A stretch of 64,000 bases of DNA from Vicugna vicugna. Lineage: Eukaryota. The stretch spans positions 558,001 through 622,000 of the forward strand of contig MU058836.1 in assembly GCA_013265495.1 (NCBI GenBank). Reading direction: 5' to 3'. The notes below the pieces were generated by a model that saw only the letters and a program-made list of their open reading frames with translations, had not been told where the DNA came from and made no database searches. Position numbers and translations under genes: made by a program. Shown here in pieces: positions 49,927 through 61,339 of this stretch. Positions within the stretch are counted from its first letter, which is position 1; the number at the start of each line of letters is the position of its first letter.

Positions 49927-51277
49927 CTTGTTAACTTATTTTACAATAACAATAAGAAACCCACTACCTCTAACAAATAAAATGTTTATAAAAATAACTG
50001 CATTTTCTAAAACAAAAGAACTTAATGAGAAGAATGGCCTTGTTTTACATTCTTGCAAATCACTTTAATACCTGTCTGAGCAGACGAGGGCTAGATTCCC
50101 ATTTCTCCTTTTGTAATCAGTCTGTTGCGATATGTTGTTTTAGCTGAAGCATATAAAGAAAATATAGCCTCACACAGATACAAAATTGGCAATAGGAAAA
50201 TATTTTAACAGTTTTTTTCAAATAATTGTGGTTATTCTTCACTGTATTACACCAACACTCAATACATGGTAACTTCTTAAAGATGAGTTGCAATGTGGAA
50301 TCAGAAAGCGCATCAGTGAACTTTTCATACTCAGCTACATTAAAATCCATTATCTTGTGTTTGGAATGGTTCTTTTGCACATTCATGCTTTGTAACATCA
50401 TGCACTGGTCATTAGAAAAATGTGGGTTCACTTCCAGATGTTGGCACACTGAATTATGATAGCCTCTGCAATTCCTTTCCGTATACTCATGAGAGAATGA
50501 GAACAGAAAAAGGCAAATACTATCTTAGTATTATTATGAAAATGCTTTTGATTTAGGGGTCCCCTAAAAGCATCTCAATGACCTCCAGAGGTTCACAGAC
50601 CACTTTCCAGAACTACTGCTCTGGAATAAGGGATAAGTGATGACCATGGAGAAATCCAGGTGTGGGTGGCTGAACTCCAACCGTCTGAAGGCAGAAAATA
50701 CAGGGGAAGCTGAAACTGAGACAGAAGGTCAGTTCCATGGCTGGGTAAAAAACAGATTAAGGGTGCTTAGACAGGTGCTCAATGGTCATCCCCCAGTGAG
50801 CAGCAAGAGATATTTGAGAAGCTGCAGAGGGGCCCAGCAGGCAGGACCCAGCCACCAGACCCTGAGCCAAGAGAGTGCACGGAAGCCCCACTGAAGATAC
50901 TGATCCACCTCCCTCTTCAGCTAGACAGTGTTGGGGAGTGGGAAGGAAGTCCGGCAGGATGGGGCTGGGAGCAGAGGCCAGGAGTGAAGTGTTCATGGTG
51001 CACGCTAATGACGGTGAATGGATGTGGAAAGAAGCCCTTCCAATACTGATTTTGCCCAACTCTTTGGGGTTGGGGTCATAATAAGAAAAACCTAGAAAAA
51101 TAGGTTCAAGTGATAAGGGGTCACAAGAGGGAAAGAGAGAAAGGACACTTGGGAGCTGCAGGCCCCCGGTTTGCCCCCTCGTGTTTGCAACACTGGGTGC
51201 CACAACCTGACCCTTCCCAGGAATTGTCTCTTGTCTTCATTCTCCTGTAGCACTCCAAGGTCAGGCTCTCATCACCT

Positions 51278-51631
51278 TTCTTTCTTTCTTTCTTTCTTTC
51301 TTTTTTTTTAACTGAACTACAGTCAGTTTACAATACTGTGTCCATTTCTGGTGTGCAGCATAACATTTCACTCAGACATATACATACATATATTTGTTTT
51401 CATATTCTTTTTCATTACAAGATGCTGAATATAGTTCCCTGTGCTATACAGAAGAAACTTGTTGTTCATCGCTTTTGTGAGGATTTCCTTATATTTGCGA
51501 TGTAAGAGATACTCTGCCAAAGTGCAGTATGTCTTCTGTGTGATTTGTTCCACATGTAGGTGTGGATTTTGCTGCATGTGTGGGAGAGGGTGAGCTAGGC
51601 ATCCGTCTACTCCGCCATCTTGGTCCAGCCC
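51278..51631 (-). mobile_element. Mini-L1: L1 5' terminus fused directly to L1 3'UTR, with tail and TSD
   Basis: minus strand begins GGGGCTGGACCAAGATGGCGGAGTAG (L1 5' end with YY1 motif), switches at ~51470 to L1 3'UTR 'atgaacaacaagtttcttctgtatagcacagggaactatattc', ends in an A/(GAAA)n tail; TSD ctcatcacct / ctcaccacct. Confidence 0.8.
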
Positions 51632-52089
51632 CTCACCACCTAGCTTCTTTAACTGGTGTCTGCTTTCAGGATTGGCCCCTCCAGTCTATCCCAATCCTTC
51701 AGCCAGAGCTATCTTTCTACAACTCAGATTTGATCACGTCTTACCCATGTTTAACACCCTTAAGCATTCCTCCCTATTGCCTACAAGGTCAAGTCCAAAT
51801 TCCTTCGGGAGACACAGAAATCAGGCACCACCTGGCCCTTCCTGTCCTTCCCACTCATCTCTTCCTGTTCCACCACCAAACCCTCTGTCCAGCCACTAGC
51901 TCTTCCTGCCACTCCTCGGACACCCCAGCCTCCTCCCTGCCCTTGGCCTTTGTACACACTCACTGCAGGGCGTGGTGGACCTCGTCCTTCAACATCCAGC
52001 TCAGTTATTACTTCCTCTTAAATGCAGTTTGGCACTTTCTCTACCTGCATCCACTTCGATCCATGTGCTTTTCAAGATGTGATAGCCAT

Positions 52090-52452
52090 TAGTGCTGTTC
52101 CCTACACGTTTCTGTCCTCTTCAAAGTCCCTTCTAGGTCCATGGTAGAGTTGTATTTCCTGGTTCCCATGTACTTAGACAGGGCCTGGTAACCAAGTCCA
52201 GTTCTGGACAAATGAGTTCTTTGAGGAAGTGAGAGGTGGACAGAGAATTTAATCTCTCCCCCTCTGGCCCTGCGATGAGCATTATCTGAGAAGGGTCTGC
52301 TCCGTCAGCCTGGGTTCCCTAGTGATTCTGATGAGCAGAGCATCTACCCTTGCCAACACCTCCTCAGTCTCCCTGCCAACTCGTGATGTATCCACAGTGC
52401 ATCCTCTGAGACGTGGGGATTATTCGCTAATGTAGCATACCCTAGCCTAACT
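52090..52452 (+). mobile_element. Old MaLR LTR (MLT1I/J-like)
   Basis: 'ctgctccgtcagcctgggttccctagtga...ctgagacgtggggattattcgctaatgtagcataccctagcctaactgac'. Confidence 0.65.
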
Positions 52453-52774
52453 GACGGAGGTGGTGATCAGAAATGGCCAAAGCATGACTCTACCCTGAGT
52501 CTGGGTCTTCAACAGAGCTGACCCAGTCAGTACCCAATGCAGGTCCATGTAGACTGCTCTGTGTCTGACCCCTACACTGACCTCCAGTTTGCTTGGACCC
52601 TTTCTGTCTGGACGTGGCTCTGTCCTTGTTCTTTGCTCCATTCCTGTGTCTGCCCAATGCACGGATTTCTTGGCTCTCCCTCCCATTTCTAGTTGCTTTG
52701 ACTTAAGGGTGAATGTTTGCCTCTCTCGCTTTGACCTTCAGTGCTCTCTAGCTGTTGTTTTCTTTTACTCCCTG

Positions 52775-53256
52775 CGATACGAAGGAACATGGTCCCCCAA
52801 AGATGTCCATGTCTTAATCCCCACATGGCAAAAGAGGCTTTACAGATGTGGTTAAGGGACGAACTTTGAAACATGGAGATTATCCTAGGTCATCTGAGTG
52901 TGCCCAATCTGATCACATGAGTCCTTCAAAGTGGAGAATGTTTCCCAGCTGAGTCAGAGAGGGAGCTGTAACTATGGAAGAAGGGTTGGAGAGATGTAAC
53001 ATTGCTGCTTTGAAGACTGAAAAGGCACCTACAAGCCAAGGAATATGGGTGTTCTTTGGAACCTGGAAAAGGCAAGGAAAGAGACATTCCTCATAAGCCT
53101 CCAGAAAGGAACACAGCCCTGCTGACATGTCGACTGTAGCCCAGTGGCACCTGTGTTGGACTTCTGACTCACAGAACTCTAAGATAATAAGTGTGTGTTG
53201 TTTTAATCCGCAAAGTTTGCCGGTAATTTGTTACAGCAGCAGCAGGAAACGAATAC
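52775..53256 (+). mobile_element. MaLR LTR (MLT1D-like)
   Basis: 'cccccaaagatgtccatgtcttaatcccc...ggagattatcctagg...gcctccagaaaggaacacagccctgctgac...gtaatttgttacagcagcagcaggaaacgaataca'. Confidence 0.88.
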
Positions 53257-54237
53257 ACCACCACCAGCCTGCAGTCTGCTCTGGAACCCTTTCCCACCTG
53301 CCAGGGCCAAGGCCTCAGGGACATTCCCCAGCGGGCCTGGGAGGCAGGAGAGAACGGTAGAACCATGTTGTAAGTCAGAGTCCGCCCTGGCTGGGAAATT
53401 ATGAGAGCAGCGTTGTGCACCATCACCCAGTGATGAGAGCACGGCCCCAGGAGACTGGAAGGCCTGCCTCTGTCACACTGAGTCTGTCTGTTTACTTAGT
53501 TTATTCCTCAGTCTACGACATGTGAAGGTTTTCTTTATTTTCCAAATGATCTTCCTGGCTTTTATTTCCCATGCCTGGGTTCTCCAGAGCCACTGTCCAT
53601 TTAACTGAGAAACAGAAGAGGAAAGCAAAGGCCACGGTGTCCAGGGGACCCACCACATCAGTCTCGGCTCTCTTTCCAGATGGGGCTGGAACGACAGGTG
53701 TCAAAGGAAGAAGAACAAAGGCCAACCCAAAGACGAGGAGAAAGCCAGACCTGAGGTTTGAATGCTCACTCTGATGTATCCTAGGGGCGAAGTCACGTAA
53801 CCTTTCTGAGCCTCAATTTCTTCATCTGTAAAATCCGGACAGTCACGCTTACTTGCAAGCATGTTGTGAAGATTAGGCAAGATAATGTATATAATGTACC
53901 CAGTGGAGTACCTGGCATACAAAGGCATAGAACCTAGAGCATCTAGCGGGGGCGGGGCTCCAAGGAACAGAGGATGTGAATTTCATGTTGGCCACACCCT
54001 CTAACCACTAGCGGGTGCTCAAGAACCCCCTTCGCTTCATCCCCAAGGAGGAGAAACTTTCTTCTTGGTTAGACTCTGAAAACAATAGGATATATGCCAG
54101 GGGTAGAAGTCTTCAGGGGAAGGAATGGTAGAGGTGGACACTTTCACGTCCAGTGCTGATTCTCAGATCTCCCTCGGCTGGTGTCTTTTCTCTCTCGTCC
54201 CTTCCATGTGGCTGGTGCAGTCAGATGAACCAAGGGC

Positions 54238-54620
54238 ACCGGTGTGCTAGAGCCAAACCTAAAACTGCTAACTTTTCAGGAATTCTGCAAGCTGGTTGTC
54301 AAACAGCCATTATTAAATATTAAATTATATAAACTTACAGGTAAATAAACCCTATTAAGAACACAGGTAATAAGTACTCAAAAACCATCACTTCCTAACT
54401 GTTTTACAGCATTTTACTATTCGCTATGTTCTTGAGTTATTCATGTCTATTGCATCTTTACAGCAGAGGTACTGTCTAATGGGGTGTGGCCACACATCTC
54501 TTCCCAACCCCACGTTCAGTGACGTCACGTTGGTAGCTGGAAAACCTCCACGGTGAGGGTATGTGCACCACATAAATTGGCAGACACTGCACATCAGGGC
54601 TTGATTTATTGTTTCGTTGA
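54238..54620. mobile_element. MER63-family hAT element (followed by a MER58-like fragment to ~54700)
   Basis: 'ccggtgtgctagagcc...ttttcaggaattctgcaagctggttgtcaaacagccattattaaa...cacatctcttcccaaccccacgttcagtgacgtcacgttggtagct'. Confidence 0.75.
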
Positions 54621-55956
54621 TTGTCTGGAGCAGAGTCCAGCAAGCGACAGTCCATGGACCAAATCCAGCCCACTGCCTGTTTTGTAAAGCCCACTGTGAG
54701 CTCACAGGTTATCACTGTGCATTCCAGACACCAAGCTGGGCATCCCCCTCTGCTCTGTCACCCTCTGCTCCCCGCATCTGCCTCCCTGGCCAGTGGCCAC
54801 CCCTCGCCACTGTGCAGGACCTATGCTGGTTTCCACCTACACACTGAAAACTCTGCTGTTGGCAAGTGTGCACACCGAGCTGTCGACTCACAGCCCAGGA
54901 GTTGGTGACTTGGCAAGTCACTCTGCCTCTCGTAAGTTGCCCAAGTTACGAGGGCTGGGCTCTGTAGAAGAGAAGGATGCACCGGGATCTGGGTGTCACT
55001 GGGACAGAGAGCCAAACTGACCTTGGTGGCCAGCATGAAGTCCTTGTGAAGAAGTGTGCTTCCTGTTGAGGGTGGCCGCTGGCGGGGAGAAATGTGGGGC
55101 TGGCAGCAATACCAGTTGGTTTCTCAAGCTCTGAGAGCAGCTCAGTCTAGCAGGCAAATAAATAATTATAATCCAGTTAGTGAGTATGAGAGGTTTGAGG
55201 CAGTAGGTAGCTGGCTGGATCCAAATGTAGGGCATGAAGGGCTGGACGAGCAAAAGGGAAAAATCTGTAAGGGAGCGTGAACACACAGTTCTCCATGGAG
55301 CTCTGCTCTCCATGAGCTGGACCGGGCCCAAGTGTTCAAAGAGGAGCACCACCTCAGAAGGAATGTTCTTTCTCCTCTTTGGGGGATAGCACATTACGCT
55401 GGAATTTGGCCAAATCCTGGTTTGCCTCATCTCCCAGGATTAATTTTAATGGCCTCCCAGAAAGATTTCCATTCTTCACTTCTCGGACAAAAATGCGTGA
55501 GGGTTCCCAGGAGAGAAGCAGAAGCAGATGCCCGCCTTCCATCTGACAGCTTATTGGCCGGGAAGAGGAAAGGGGTGGGGCCACATTCCTTCTGCGTCTG
55601 AAAGGCCAGGGTGAGCCCAGCAAGCCCCCGAAAGGTGACAGTATCCTGTCGCATCTCAGAGAAGGGTGTACTTTACTTCAGGTGTGTAATATGTTTCACA
55701 GCGTGCCACACTCACCCAGGTACGGCCATGCCTACCCAAACTGGCGAAGAGGAATGAGCAGAGATTCTAGAATTATGGGTTCCAATCCTACCGCTGTCGC
55801 TTCACATGAGACCCTCTACAAACCATTCGTCTCTCAGAGCCTCAATGTCTCCATCTGTAAACTGGGGCTAATTGTACCTCCCTGAGGGGCAGCTGTGAAG
55901 ATGAAATGAAATATATGTGCAGCCTGATACACACGAGGCCTCACTGAACAGTACCT

Positions 55957-56168
55957 ATGTGTGTTAGAGCCAGCAGACTCACAGAAGCCAATGGTTAAAC
56001 ATTCAGAAATCTTGCCAGCCAATGATTATGCCATTAGTAGCCTGAAAACATAGATGGTGTTAGTATTTACACCACAGAAATGATAATTACCACATATTTG
56101 GGTTTTTATTTTTGTTTTGGGGGTTTTTAAAATTTTTTTGAGACCTAGTTTTTACCAGCACACCATTG
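55957..56168. mobile_element. MER63A-like element
   Basis: 'gtgtgttagagccagcagactcacagaagccaatggttaaac...gtatttacaccacagaaa...taccagcacaccattg'. Confidence 0.7.
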
Positions 56169-58731
56169 TTTTTATTACTCTTTCCCTCCTCCTTCCTTAT
56201 ATCCTGGAAAAACCTCTATGAGGTAGTAAGTATACTTACCCCCCATCTTACAGATTTAAAACATGAGATTTAGGTTACATGACTTGCCAAAAGTCATAAA
56301 TATCCAAAATGTTTTTTCCTTTCTTTTCTTTTTTTCTTTTGTCTTCAAAACTAGTGCCATCTCCACTCTACCGTAACAGTGTATAAGTCTTACTTTGAGG
56401 ACACACAGGTCCTACCTTGGCTTCTGGTACCCCTTTTCCAGCCACTTCTGAGGAGCTGTGACCATTGAGGGCCCCAGCTTCCCACTGGAAAACTTGGGTT
56501 TATCTTCACATCAGAAAGCTCTGTGCCCGCTGCAGGAAGGGTCCCCCCCTCATCTTCAAGGTTCCACATTTGTTCATTTCACTGTGGATTCATCACTGCC
56601 TTTCTGCAGACACTTCACTCTCCATACCGCATCCTCACGCTGAGTGGCTTCAAGGGCTCCAGAAGCATGATCTCATTGCCCCCTAACATCCCAGTGGAGA
56701 GGGTTGAAGACCAGAGCCCTAATTTTACAACTGAGAAAAGTGACTTGGCCAAGGTCGCCTGAGGAATCGGAGGCAGCGGTGGCCGGCTCTCCTTTCTCTC
56801 TGGCCTAGGCCGCCCCACCCACCAGCACAGAGCAGCAGCTGTGGCCTCTCTCCTGAAGGAAGAGAAAATGTCAAGGGCTATCAAAGCTCTAGCTGCAGGG
56901 CACAAACTCATTACCAGCTAGGGTTAATGGTGAAAAAAAAATTCCCCTGCATGATGTACTACCATCCAATTATGAGCTTCACCCAAGCTTGAAGCAGTTG
57001 ACACTGTCCACAATCAAGATTCTAAACCCAGTCTGGATGATGACATAGTTTGCATTCTCTGGCTGCGGGATGATACTGAAGTAGATCTGGGAAAAATAAA
57101 TAAATAACATGGAGAGGTTCACAGCGCCAGATTATTCAAGCCGACATTATTACTATCACGCCCAGTGATTAAGAAGAAAATAAAGGCAGAGTCCCACTTG
57201 TCTAATTTGATTATCAGAGAAGCTCTGTGTTGATTACTAACGGCTGTTTGCAATTGGGGACAGAAAAGAGCCATCCAACCAGCTGAAAGCCGGGGAATCA
57301 CACACAGGGGCCTGAGATCTACGTAAATGAAATTTAATAATAAATGGGATGGGCTCCCAGATAAAGAAGTAAACAACAGGCAGAAGAAGAGGGGGTTCAG
57401 ATTATATACGCAGGAAGGGGATTGCAGCCAACCTGGTGTATTTGGAGAAATGGGCTGTGCTGAGAGGGGAAGACGGGCTCAGGGCTAGAGTGAAATGAAG
57501 GAGGCAGAGAAATGACAAAGAAGACAGTGAATTGGATCTGTGATTACGGCGCTGGACTCAGGAGAGGTGATTATAAGTACGGTTGGGGGCAGTGCACAAG
57601 AAGGCATCTGTGTGCAGAGAGAAAAACATGGCCATATAAGGACCCCAGGGCCAAGCAGAGAGAGACTGCAAGATGAGGGACAGCCTCTGTGTGAAAACCA
57701 CTGGCGAGCTGCAGAAATCCCTGTGCCCCAGCATCAAAGATTTGGAAGAACCAAAGCAGCCCGGCAGTAGCACTGACTGGGCAGCTGACTCCAGTGATGG
57801 CCATGCCATTGCCTAAAGACACTGACAACCTGTGCAACCTACGATCACATGGAACTGTTGAAGTGATGCTGATAGTAGAAGGAAATGCTAAGCTTGAAGT
57901 CAGGAGACCAGGCTCTGTTCCTTCTCATCTGTCAATGCAGATAATAAAGCAGTTTGTACTTGGGGGTGGAGGGATGGGAGAAGAAGACAATTTCAAATAA
58001 GGGAAATGAGGAAGCCCTCTAAAGACTAAAACTGTAAAATCAGCACAGGTCAAAGCAGACGTAGGCAAAGTCACATGAAAGTAACAGAAATGGCATGGAG
58101 GCGCAGCAAGAATTTGACTAAAAGTGTTAACATCTCCATAGAAGGAAATTGTGCAGCCAAAGGGCGCTTGATGGGAAATGCAAGCATAACAAAAAGGAGG
58201 ACCAGGCACAGTGCCCCTCCCAGCAGGTTCACGCAATGTTTTACCGCAGGTCTAGAGAATATGGTCCCATGGACAAGACTATACCTACGAGGGCATCTGA
58301 GGATGAGCCCATTACATTTCCCAACCATCTCATTCGACACTTCGGTTCTGTTCTCAACAGTCAATTCGGCTTATTCTACTGGGGAACCACTCTGCTAATT
58401 TAGAGTTTCCCCGGGGCAGCCCCAGAAGGATGTGCTGGCCTTCCTTGGAGAGCAAGACCACTGTGTTCACTGAGCTTTTCTCAGGTGGGCAGATACAGGA
58501 GGAACCCTGCTGCCTGAGTAGTGTTCTCTGACACAGCAGTGAGATTCTGCTCAGCCAGGAACCTGCCAGGCTCCAAGGTACAGAGCTGCACCAGACGTTG
58601 TCCTTGACTTCGAAGAATCAGTTGATGGAAAAGCCAGACATACCAATAATACAGTGCAGTAAATGCTCAATAGAGACCTGTAGCTAAATGACTCTGTGCC
58701 TCTACATCCCTCAACTATAAAATAGGTAATG

Positions 58732-58840
58732 GTATATATATGTATGTAGATATATGTATAACTGAATTATCTTGCTGTACATCTGAAACTAACATTGTAA
58801 ATTGGCTACACTTCAATAAAAATAAGGATTAAAAACTAAA
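58732..58840 (+). mobile_element. Short L1 3' end inserted in a MIR, with TSD
   Basis: 'tgtataactgaattatcttgctgtacatctgaaactaacattgtaaattggctacacttcaataaaa'; flanks ataaaataggtaatg / ataaaataaggtaatg. Confidence 0.85.
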
Positions 58841-60112
58841 ATAAAATAAGGTAATGCATAAATGAGCTTACACATGGAAAGCACTCAAAACAGTGCCAGG
58901 CACACAGCAAGCTCTCAATAGATGCTGGCCACGAACAGTCCCTGGGCAGTAGCGTGTGTCTCCACTTCGCTGTGCCTACTGTCCTCTTGACTTTGGAAAC
59001 TTTTATTGCTTAATGCCATTTTGACAGCTGCAGTGTGCTTTCTCATTATTAATATTATATGATTATCAGAGTATAAACACTGTGGTACATGCAAAAGAAA
59101 AAAACAGCTTTGTTCAAGACTGAAACAATAATTTATAAAGACTGAAATAGTAATTTATAAAGTGGGGAACAGAAAGATCTTCTAACATATTCACAGGTTA
59201 TTTTTAATACTTTCCAAATAAATGCCAAGGAAGGGAGTGTTTATAAATAGCATTCAAAACAGCCCCCTCCACTTTCTTGGTGAATGCGCACCGGCTTGTC
59301 AATGTCCCCATTGTGCAGGGCCCAGAGCTGGATATAATTAAGCCCTATTACCCAGGAAAACTTGCAGCATAGTTGGTCTGACACATTTAATGATTTGTTA
59401 ACTCAATCTGCGAACGTAATTAGAATAACTGCGCCTGGGAGACGGGGGACAAATGTGATAGTATGGTGCCATGTCTCCCTTTAAAGAGCTTGTAATCCAA
59501 TGGATGGGCTAGATGTGGAAATGGCTAAATGTGGTCTCAGGCAGAAATCAGTGAACACTAAGTAGATGTTCAGCAGCTAGAAGCACCAACCTCTGAATTC
59601 TTTGAGGGCAAGGCTTTGTCTGTGCCTCTTCATCCGTCCTGTAAAGATGTCCTTGCACAATGACTGGAAATCTGAACTCTGGGTATAAATCCCAGCCCAG
59701 GCTCCTGCCGGTTTCACGATCCTGGTCGGATGAGCTGGTTAACTTCTCTAAACCTCAGTTTCCTCATCTTTAAACTAAGGATAATGACAGCAACTATATC
59801 ATAGGGATATCTCATTGGGATAATATCTCTATTATCTCATAATCATAACTATCTCACTGGATGGAGTCTGAGATCATGGGTATAAGACACACACATCACA
59901 GTATCTGCCACATAATAAATTAGCACTAATAGGATTCTCCACTCACTTTTCCTAACACCAAGCATAGAGGTAGTCCATGGTAGGCATCATTAGTAAATGT
60001 TTAAAGAATGAAAAAATGCAAGATTGAAATAAACAAATAAAGAGTAAATGAAGTTTTTTAGTTAACAAGAGAAGTTAATGTGTGGGGATAAAGGTGGAAA
60101 AGTGATTATTCT

Positions 60113-60637
60113 TTTTTTTAATTGAAGTATAATTGATTTACAATGTTCTGTTAGTTTCAGGTATATAGCAAAGTGATTCAGTTATATATATATAATATAT
60201 AAATAAATATATATTATATATATATTTATATATATATAAATACACACACACACACATACATACTTTTTCAGATTACTTTCCAATATAGATTATTAAAAAA
60301 TATTGAATATAGTTCCCTGAGCTATACAGTAGGTCCTTGTTTATCTGTTTTATGTATATAGTGTGTATATGTTAATGCAAAACTCCTAATTTATCCCTCC
60401 CCCTACTTTCTCCTTTGGTAACCATAAGTTTGTTTTCTATGTCTGTGAGTTTAATTCTGGTTTGTAAATAAGTTCATTTGTATCCTTTTTTTTTTTGATT
60501 CCACATTTAAGTGATATCATACAATATTTGTCTTTCTCTGTCTGACTTACTTCACTTAGTATGATAAACTCCAGGTCCATCCATGTTGCTACAAATGGCA
60601 TTATTTCATTCTTTTTTATGGCTGAAAAATAGTCCAC

Positions 60638-60671
<34 letters not shown>

Positions 60672-60687
60672 CACCACATCTTCTTTA
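60113..60687 (-). mobile_element. 5'-truncated L1 (ORF2 end + 3'UTR) with TSD, inserted beside L2 sequence
   Basis: 'DYFSAIKKNEIMPFVATWMDLEFIILSEVSQTEKDKY'; TSD gaaaagtgattattctt / gaaaagtggttattctt. Confidence 0.93.
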
Positions 60688-60719
60688 GAAAAGTGGTTAT
60701 TCTTGCTTAGAGAAACAAA

Positions 60720-61160
60720 AGAGCTTCTTAGAAGAAGGCATTTGAGAGGGCGCTAAAAGCTGGGCTATCAAGAGGCCGGAGCCCACATGTCATGTCTGGA
60801 GCAGGACAGACACACAGGACATGAGGCTGGAGCCTTGGGAATAGTCTAAAAGAATTGTGGAGCTTCTCTTTGGGGAAAGATGGGCCAACGGAGATTTTAA
60901 TGTAGAGGGGTTTGATGTAGTATCTGTTTTCTAAAGTTTCATCTGGTGACACACAAAGAATGAAGTCATGGGTGAAGAGAGCAGAAGTTTGGAAGAATAA
61001 TGAAGAGGCCAATAGTTCAGGCAAGAGACAGTGGGAGTCTGACTAGGGCAATGGCAGTGGGAGTGGAAATGAGGAGAAGGCGGCTGAGAATGAATGGAAT
61101 GTGGAAGGTAAGGGAAGGGGGCAGTAAATGAAGCTTTTGAGGTTTCTCACTTGGGTAATT
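60720..61160 (-). mobile_element. L2 LINE fragment
   Basis: 'gactagggcaatggcagtgggagtggaaatgagg...tgaggtttctcacttgggtaattg'. Confidence 0.65.
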
Positions 61161-61339
61161 GACATATAGCCTTTATCAGAGAGAGATCATTACTGAACCA
61201 TAGAGAGAAAATGGTACCTCATGTTCAGTTATTTCTCTTGAATCATATAATCCTAGATTATCATGGTAGACGAGACCAGGCCCCCACACATTCACCATCT
61301 GCTGCATCAGTTTCACTCATCTGTATCCTAATTCCAAAG

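Larger units (their letters stand above)
49448..50618 (-). mobile_element. Charlie1-type hAT DNA transposon (internally deleted), host to a nested L1 and a nested SINE
   Basis: TIR-like ends 'gtggttctcaaa' and 'tttccagaactactg'; 8-bp TSD ctctggag / ctctggaa; minus-strand 'EYEKFTDALSDSTLQLIFKKLPCIECWC' and, in another frame, 'YLCEAIFSLYASAKTTYRNRL' (hAT C-terminal dimerisation region). Confidence 0.88.

Noticed and set aside
50117..50449. Domesticated hAT transposase gene (ZBED/Buster-like)
   Set aside because: Frameshifted, partial C-terminus inside a TIR/TSD-bounded Charlie1 fossil
51562..52092. Longest ORF (176 aa)
   Set aside because: Starts in the antisense of the mini-L1 and continues through L2 sequence; non-ATG start, no homology
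55770..55800. tRNA-like T-arm 'gggttccaatcctaccgctgtcg'
   Set aside because: It is the tRNA-derived head of a MIR (followed by MIR core 'ctcagagcctcaatgtctccatctgtaaactggg')
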